Of a DNA stretch of 64,000 bases, positions 59,101 through 64,000 are shown in pieces (within the stretch, counting starts at the first letter, position 1; every line of letters begins with the position of its first letter). Source of the stretch: a virus (lineage: Duplodnaviria; Caudoviricetes); the IMG/VR virus record IMGVR_UViG_2595698521_000001, positions 1 to 64,000 of that record, one strand, 5' to 3'. Below the pieces are notes generated by a model. That model did no database searches. It was not told the origin of the DNA and was given only the letters and a program-made list of their open reading frames with translations. Made by a program: the position numbers and the translations under genes.

Positions 59101-61379
59101 ACAAATTCTTTCCCGATTTTTAGTGCGTCACCGAATCCATCTTTAAATCCTTTCCAAAAACGTTCTACTTTTCCGCTTACGTCTGCTAAAGTAGTAGCTA
59201 CTCCTTCAAGACCTAAAGCTTTAATAACGTCTTTTTGTTGGGAAGTAAAGTTTACGGATTCTTTTCCGAAGTCTCGGATAGTATTCCATGCAATCATGCC
59301 GACTGTTTGGATTTTAGCGAATCCTTTTTCTACTCCGTCTAAACTTTGAACGTACTTGTTCACTTCTTCCGTTCCCATAGGTTTCTTGAATAGGTCACTT
59401 GCTTTCGTCCAAGCTCCTACCATTCTTCCCACGGTAGCGTCCATAAGATCACCGAATCCTAGCCAGTTATTTTTATATGCAAGGAATCCGACTGTTAATC
59501 CAGTCATTAACGGATTTATTCTCGCAATCTGTAATAACAATGCAGGAATCATACGAATCATAGAATAGAGTAATGGAATTGTAGAAAGTAAGGTTTGCGG
59601 GAATCTAGCAAATGCTACAACCATGCCTTGGAAGTTACGTTGTGCCATTAATGCTTGTGCAGAAAGTACTCCCAATCCTCCGTGTGACATTGCTCTTAAT
59701 CCTAAACTTGCTCCCTCAATTACTCCTTTGAATCTAAGAAGTACTCCCGTTAATAAGAAAATTGGACCGAGTGATGCCGCAACTCCTAAAGCGATTGCCG
59801 TGAATCCGGAAGCGAATGCAGTTAATTTAGGGTGACTAGCTAAGAATCCATCTACCGCTTGTGCCGCACCTTTAATTGAATCTGCTATAGACTTAATAAC
59901 TCCGTCTATACTTCCCCATGCGGTTAATCCAATACTTCCGATACTCGTGAACATTTCCCCGATACTATCCATAGAACCACGGTTTAGTGCTTCGTCTACT
60001 CTGTCCATTGCATCAGCGTATTTATTTGCTCCGTCCGTCAATTCTTTGTATTGTTGCGGATTTCCGAGTACTTCATCCAATGCTCCTTGCGCACCTTTAA
60101 AGTTACTCTTCTTCTTACCGCCATCTCGAATTTCGGAGTTTGCCGCATAGTACATATCCCATGCTTTTGCATCCGTTACACCTAATTGCTCACGAATGTC
60201 TCGAACGTCACTCATTGCTTTCTGTATATCCGTTTGGAATACTTCTTTAAATTGCAACGCTCTTTCCGCATTAAATTTCACGTTTTCCATCGACTTATTG
60301 GAGTTCATATTATAGGCGTGTCCAAAGGCATTACCTATTTCTTGATAGTTTCCTCCCTTATCAGCCCAATGCTCTTGAATAGCTCGGTCAAAACCGGGTG
60401 CTTGTGAGTTTGGAGCTAAAGTCATGGCTTGGAATTTATTCTGCGCTTCTTGCATTTTATTCATCAATGTCCCTAATGCAGTAACAGCTATTGCAATAGG
60501 TGCAGTTGCGAATTGTGTTAATGCCATCCCCGACATTTGGAGAGTCATAGCAAATTGCGCTACTTTCATCTTAGTCTCCATGTAGGTATTCCCTAATCCA
60601 ACCATCATCTTTCCGGTTTTATCAATGGAGTTATAAGCCATTTGCGTTGCTCTTTGTACATCTGCAAACATAGCTCCCGTAAACATATTCCGCATTTCTG
60701 CGCCTAATGTTTGTGGCATACGCATCATTTGCTCACGTCCATTGAAATTAAATAACTGCATTCCGTTGGTACGTGCTATTACTTGTGCAGAATTCACACT
60801 TCGTAACTGATTCTCGTATGCTTGCAATGCTCTTTGAGCTACCGCAATTTCTCTTGTAAATTGTGCGCTATTTGGTGCATTGTTCATTCCCTTGATTGCT
60901 TGCTTAGTATGTTTGATTCTGTCTTCTAAATCACGCATTTGTACGTTTAGGGCATTGTACGCTCTTCCGTCTGCCATATCTCGTTGCATTTGCGTCATTC
61001 CGAATCCCATATTTCCTAAGACTCGTTGGACACGTGTAATTTCGTTATACATTCGACTTAAATTACCTGTCGCTTGCATAGAATTCATTGCACTACCAAA
61101 CTGTGCCGCAGAATATGTAGCTCGTACTAATCTATCGGAAACATGGTTAAGCGCATTTCCCATATCACCCATAGCAACTCGCATATCTTGGAACTGTCTT
61201 CGGTATTCCCCATAACGTCCAAAGCTGTTATGTAGTCCTCCGCTCATTGCGTTGTATTGCTCTGTTGTTGCTCTTGCTTCTGCCCGCAATCTTTCTAAAT
61301 CCCGAATAATCGGGTCAACGTTTCGGGTTACGTTTTCGACTAAATCTAGTCGTACTCCTAATCCCAAGCTATTAAACAA
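56169..61379 (-). CDS. tape measure protein
   Basis: 1736 aa, follows the chaperone; helical and hydrophobic segments; two GGIV...GE.G.E.IIP motifs near the C-terminus. Confidence 0.88.
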   Translation of the reverse strand: MFNSLGLGVRLDLVENVTRNVDPIIRDLERLRAEARATTEQYNAMSGGLHNSFGRYGEYRRQFQDMRVAMGDMGNALNHVSDRLVRATYSAAQFGSAMNSMQATGNLSRMYNEITRVQRVLGNMGFGMTQMQRDMADGRAYNALNVQMRDLEDRIKHTKQAIKGMNNAPNSAQFTREIAVAQRALQAYENQLRSVNSAQVIARTNGMQLFNFNGREQMMRMPQTLGAEMRNMFTGAMFADVQRATQMAYNSIDKTGKMMVGLGNTYMETKMKVAQFAMTLQMSGMALTQFATAPIAIAVTALGTLMNKMQEAQNKFQAMTLAPNSQAPGFDRAIQEHWADKGGNYQEIGNAFGHAYNMNSNKSMENVKFNAERALQFKEVFQTDIQKAMSDVRDIREQLGVTDAKAWDMYYAANSEIRDGGKKKSNFKGAQGALDEVLGNPQQYKELTDGANKYADAMDRVDEALNRGSMDSIGEMFTSIGSIGLTAWGSIDGVIKSIADSIKGAAQAVDGFLASHPKLTAFASGFTAIALGVAASLGPIFLLTGVLLRFKGVIEGASLGLRAMSHGGLGVLSAQALMAQRNFQGMVVAFARFPQTLLSTIPLLYSMIRMIPALLLQIARINPLMTGLTVGFLAYKNNWLGFGDLMDATVGRMVGAWTKASDLFKKPMGTEEVNKYVQSLDGVEKGFAKIQTVGMIAWNTIRDFGKESVNFTSQQKDVIKALGLEGVATTLADVSGKVERFWKGFKDGFGDALKIGKEFVVEVWDKMYNQLQNIDKVLTSIFNGFSKLFGGSGDAKNFGEAIGKMTGMKDGWYDVGKAIGYAVAMLAGFKILKTLFSPLNKVAGKFRSIGGAISGATQAVRGAGAMRGALGTTGAGVIGANGRPGAGGTGGAGVVGAHSVLLNDRNGNRVPMASGHTPTATPTQTSAMHGPARPTMVPLPMMPPMGRVERQRQRDQRSLSRAQQRSGGLLGRLMGRGVGTRVNNEEADRIRGRARTEQGRRDLERGVSAGGRTQSGQAMYQRRQGRISRALFGQAYDTYDNNGRRRNVLRQGGLLNPRSNDTRVQNNASPFRRATVTARRATRQATSALGRNIVQPAGSMISAPFRQVGAGVRQVGRNTAQGLGMGVNAVRGSRAGQAVGRGASAVTRPITQTVRFVAGRLNTAGVIRQAQTGGQQAGNRFTNAFKRGMNRITAGQAFRGFEAQAQGAGQRSGNRFTNAFKAGMNRMSGGMIFRSYENQAQQSGRRAGNRFTNAFKSGMNRISGGALFRPVETQAGQAGTRAGRNLGRNMQRQARANARWNTLFTGIENTAGRVGGRAGRSLGRAVTTTARAGISATRIFGGVVTGAASAGTRAGGGMVRGIGGVVTKGIPKVFMLGFRAIPILGWALMAWDIIVTIFTNWDAIVNAAKTAWNWIKNHGKETAIQLYESIKEKLGQAWDWVKEHGWDTFKEVVKFAGECLLTLVETAGEIAMDIGQALWEGITTKVGEAVDWAKGKLADLASNIPIVGGALSSALGGGSKKARGGIVNAPTFGVIGEAGPEAIIPLSGNMRGYASNLLHDTASMLGFGLVPNGGQHNEKQKDIFRKSTEMSDPQVDSMFGLMAGLKMYAEGGVIDKPHMGVVGEDGEEVIIPTTKKARGAELLEVARQKLGVNFNQTRPQQAGGRQQASSTPVNEDNSINISNFTVQLPESMAGTSMADVKRQAKYILKELQRLLREERRRNGKSKLTFTQMIDQY
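57546..57860 (-). repeat. three tandem 105-bp (35-aa) repeats in the tape measure gene
   Basis: GNRFTNAFKxGMNR three times at 105-nt spacing. Confidence 0.85.
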
Positions 61380-61397
61380 AACGATTCACCTCTCTTT

Positions 61398-61574
61398 TTA
61401 TTCTTCTCCCCCACCGTTCGCTTCGTTTTGTAGCTTGATATGCTCGTTAATCATTTCCACGTATCTTTTCCTCTTACTACGAGAAAGAGCAAGGATACAA
61501 TCCTCGCTCCAATGGTAATTAAATGCTATTATATGAGTTTCAACCGTGAGCGTATCAAGCTTCGTTACTCCCCC
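61398..61574 (-). CDS. tail assembly chaperone frameshift extension (DUF6760-like)
   Basis: HIIAFNYHWS...IL.L....R.RY; in the -1 frame relative to the upstream chaperone. Confidence 0.7.
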   Translation of the reverse strand, partial: GGVTKLDTLTVETHIIAFNYHWSEDCILALSRSKRKRYVEMINEHIKLQNEANGGGEE

Positions 61575-62338
61575 AGTAATGTTGTTGGTGGAATTGGTTG
61601 TTTGTGTTCGTGTCCGCATGATGGACAAATTGCTTGCGGTGATAAATCCGGACCGATTTCTTGTTTCGCCATTTGTTGAGCGATAAACTTACGGTCACGT
61701 TTTGACATTCCTTTGAAAGTATCCGGTGAACAATGTCCATATCCTTTAATACCTTCAGTAATGAAACTAAGCATAACTGACATTGCTGTACTTTCGTTAA
61801 TAAAGTATTGTGGGAATACTTTCTCTTGTGCGTAACCGTTCGGTAATGAGATAGTCATTTCCTTGCAGTACGTTCCTTCATCGTTCTTTACCCCTCTAGG
61901 AAGCTCGAACGTCCACTCTTTTTTCTCATCATGAGCTAAATAAGTGATTGGAATAGAATCGACATCAACATTCATATCCATTTTAGCTTCACACTTCGGA
62001 CAAACACCTGTCCATTCGATATTGTCTCCCATTGTTACTTTGTAGTTCATTAACATTAAGAAGTCTCTGTCCGGTGCAGTTAATGATTTAATAACGCCAC
62101 GGTCAATGTTCTTCTTCTCAACGCTCCCGATACGTTCCACAACTCCGTGTAATGCTTCAGTAACTACTTTTGCATAGTTCTGACGTACATTTTTCTCCGC
62201 AATTGCTTCCTCAACGTAACCGTCCATCTCTGTTAACTTAGCTGTTTTATGGAATACTCCATTGATTGTCGTACCTACTGGTAATTCAAACTCATCTGCT
62301 TCTAATACTTCTTTAAGTGTTGGCTTATTACTTGGCAT
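61565..62338 (-). CDS. tail assembly chaperone
   Basis: two repeated F.LP.G...CPxC units; ends CTG GGG GAG TAA. Confidence 0.75.
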   Translation of the reverse strand: MPSNKPTLKEVLEADEFELPVGTTINGVFHKTAKLTEMDGYVEEAIAEKNVRQNYAKVVTEALHGVVERIGSVEKKNIDRGVIKSLTAPDRDFLMLMNYKVTMGDNIEWTGVCPKCEAKMDMNVDVDSIPITYLAHDEKKEWTFELPRGVKNDEGTYCKEMTISLPNGYAQEKVFPQYFINESTAMSVMLSFITEGIKGYGHCSPDTFKGMSKRDRKFIAQQMAKQEIGPDLSPQAICPSCGHEHKQPIPPTTLLGE

Positions 62339-62404
62339 GTTAAATTCCTCCTTAATTATTCTACCATCATTATAATATCACGGGATTTCGGTGTCCACCA
62401 ATAT

Positions 62405-62893
62405 TTACACTGGGAGGTAATCTACTCCACTAAAAGTAACAACAATCGTGTTAATTGCTACCGCAGAACTTTGCGCATCAAGATCACCTTCTTGGAATGA
62501 CGTAATCATAGCATTCAATAAACGTGTGTGACGTACCACTGTGCGGTTATCTCTGTCTTTAAGGTAAATGTCTATTGTATACGTGTTATGCATCCCTGCG
62601 CCTAATCTCGTGAATTGTGACGCATATGCTGAAGGGAATTCTAAACTATCTGTTACTCCGTGCGTCATTGTAATAGGTTCATAGTTTACATCGGACGGAA
62701 TTTTATCCGGTACTCCGTTGTTTCCACCTTCTTTATACTCTACAAAGTTTATTGTAGATTTTACTCCCGTTACTTTTTGGAATCCCGTTCTATAAATCTG
62801 TTTCCCTCTTCCGGAAAAAACTACTTCAAAGTTAAATCCTCTAACTGGGTCATAATGTCCTGTATTCGCTCGGAATCTATTCATCATTTTCAC
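62405..62893 (-). CDS. tail tube protein 2 (T4 gp19/Afp1-like)
   Basis: DP..GFNF.V, GFQKVTG, EYKEGG, ITMTHG, LDAQSSAVAI. Confidence 0.85.
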   Translation of the reverse strand: MKMMNRFRANTGHYDPVRGFNFEVVFSGRGKQIYRTGFQKVTGVKSTINFVEYKEGGNNGVPDKIPSDVNYEPITMTHGVTDSLEFPSAYASQFTRLGAGMHNTYTIDIYLKDRDNRTVVRHTRLLNAMITSFQEGDLDAQSSAVAINTIVVTFSGVDYLPV

Positions 62894-62894
62894 C

Positions 62895-62947
62895 TCGGTA
62901 TATTTAATAATAATAAATAAAGTACATATATATATAATATATACTGA
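62895..62947. repeat. AT-rich element with inverted ends, copy 3 (opposite orientation)
   Basis: TCGGTATAT...TATATATAATATATACTGA. Confidence 0.65.
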
Positions 62948-62965
62948 AGAACCTTATTTACCATA

Positions 62966-62992
62966 GAAAAAAGAGAGGAATTTCTCCCTCTC
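62966..62992 (-). terminator. intrinsic terminator after the major tail tube gene
   Basis: GAGAGGG-AGAAAT-TCCTCTC followed by TTTTTT on the minus strand. Confidence 0.65.
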
Positions 62993-63000
62993 CTTTAGTG

Positions 63001-63549
63001 TTATTTTTCAACTGTTCCTGCTACTCCACCAGTGTTAGAACCTTTTAGTAACTTGATTCCTTCATGCTGTACTACCATCTTCTCAACTGCTACGTTGTTA
63101 GATTTAGCATCGAAGTCCCCAGTTTCATAGTCAGAAATCCAAGCTTCACGCATTTCCCATGCTTTAACACCTTGTCGTCCACGGTCTAAAAGCTCAATTT
63201 TCACTGTGCATTTATGTCCGTCATCATTTGGTGCTTTAGTAACTTGTTGATAAATCCAATCGAACATGTCGCCATCTTCTGACATCCCACGTTCGAATGT
63301 GATAGGGTCATTTTTCAATAGACCCGGTAATTTATGAGGTGATAACTGTCTGTCGCCACCTTCACGGTATTCGATTACGTCAGTTTTTAACTTTAATCCC
63401 GTAATCTTTTGGAATCCTGCTTTCGCAAAGATTTTCTTACCCGTAATAGTAACTAAGAAGTTAAAGTTACGGTAAGGGTCGTGGCGGTCAGTTGAAGCAA
63501 AAGATTGACCGCTATCTGCGTGTACGTTCATGAATAGTTTTTTCAACAT
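63001..63549 (-). CDS. major tail tube protein (T4 gp19/Afp1-like)
   Basis: DPYRNFNF, GFQKITGL, EYREGG, KLPG, ITFERG, FDAKSNNVAVE. Confidence 0.9.
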   Translation of the reverse strand: MLKKLFMNVHADSGQSFASTDRHDPYRNFNFLVTITGKKIFAKAGFQKITGLKLKTDVIEYREGGDRQLSPHKLPGLLKNDPITFERGMSEDGDMFDWIYQQVTKAPNDDGHKCTVKIELLDRGRQGVKAWEMREAWISDYETGDFDAKSNNVAVEKMVVQHEGIKLLKGSNTGGVAGTVEK

Positions 63550-63568
63550 ATCCTATTTCCCTCCCCTA

Positions 63569-64000
63569 TTATTTACGTAAGCTTTGGCGGTAAACTAAGA
63601 ATTCACTTGGTTTTTGAGTTGCAATACCCCAATCCGCAAAAGTACGTCCGTTTTGGATGTCTTCGATTGTAGTAGTTTCAGAGTTACAAATGAAGTAGAA
63701 TGCTTCTGCTTCTGTTGTTCCTCGTAAACCACCTGCTTGCCATAATCCACGTAGGAATTCTTCGCCAGTAGCTTGAATCTTCTCGAATAATTTCTCATCA
63801 TTCGGTTCAAAGATAGCCCAACGAGTACTTTGTGTAAGTGACTTACGCACGTACTGCATTGTTACTGTATCCGGAATGTATTTGTGGTCACTATTCACAT
63901 CAGAGTTTCTAGCACCCCAAATTACAATTCCTTCTCCGCTAAATGCACGGATAACGTTAATTCCCGCAGGGTTTAGTAAGTCGTGTTCTGCATCATTTAC
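63569..64000 (-). CDS. tail sheath protein, C-terminal part (5' end outside the window)
   Basis: open frame to the window edge: LLNPAGINVIR, IWGAR, WAIFEPND, LWQAGGL.G, PSEF. Confidence 0.92.
   Translation of the reverse strand, partial: VNDAEHDLLNPAGINVIRAFSGEGIVIWGARNSDVNSDHKYIPDTVTMQYVRKSLTQSTRWAIFEPNDEKLFEKIQATGEEFLRGLWQAGGLRGTTEAEAFYFICNSETTTIEDIQNGRTFADWGIATQKPSEFLVYRQSLRK

Noticed and set aside
63517-63549. Leader as a host Prp (L27-type) cleavage motif
   Set aside because: Prp substrates have LxLQxF/A. These leaders lack the LQ, and the residue before Ala varies (H/F/Y). It remains only a less likely alternative.
1-64000. tRNA genes, integrase or IS elements
   Set aside because: No cloverleaf/T-loop pattern, recombinase or transposase was recognised by eye; tRNAscan was not run.

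Overview
This 64 kb window is part of a large contractile-tailed (myovirus-type) bacteriophage genome, almost certainly infecting Bacillus or a close relative. The host evidence is SigA-type promoters, GGAGG RBSs, SpoVS, AbrB, Bacillus-type QueD, NrdIEF and an Amidase_3-SPOR lysin. Essentially all credible genes are on the minus strand. In transcription order (right to left) the window holds: a CIS/Afp-like tail module (sheath end, two tubes, frameshifting chaperone, tape measure, baseplate, fibre); a lysis cassette; a replication and recombination block (SF2 helicase, DnaC-like loader, DnaB, primase, SSB, HU, PolA, RecA, nucleases, NrdIEF); a 7-deazaguanine DNA-modification cluster (queD-queE-queC-folE plus a DpdA/TGT-like fusion protein); and a small-gene early/accessory region. 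Four observations stand out. (1) Two Gly/Arg-rich mini-proteins inside the que cluster share a short N-terminal LF(M/L)NVxA leader with the major tail tube protein, and a phage-encoded SodX-like S26 peptidase could remove it. (2) GATC and CCWGG look strongly depleted and survive almost only in one context (GATCACC, ACCWGG), a possible footprint of the DNA modification. (3) A 14-bp box recurs more than 10 times, several times inside SigA promoter spacers. (4) A ~50-bp AT-rich element with inverted ends is repeated at operon junctions. All assignments come from motif recognition by eye; no database searches were run.
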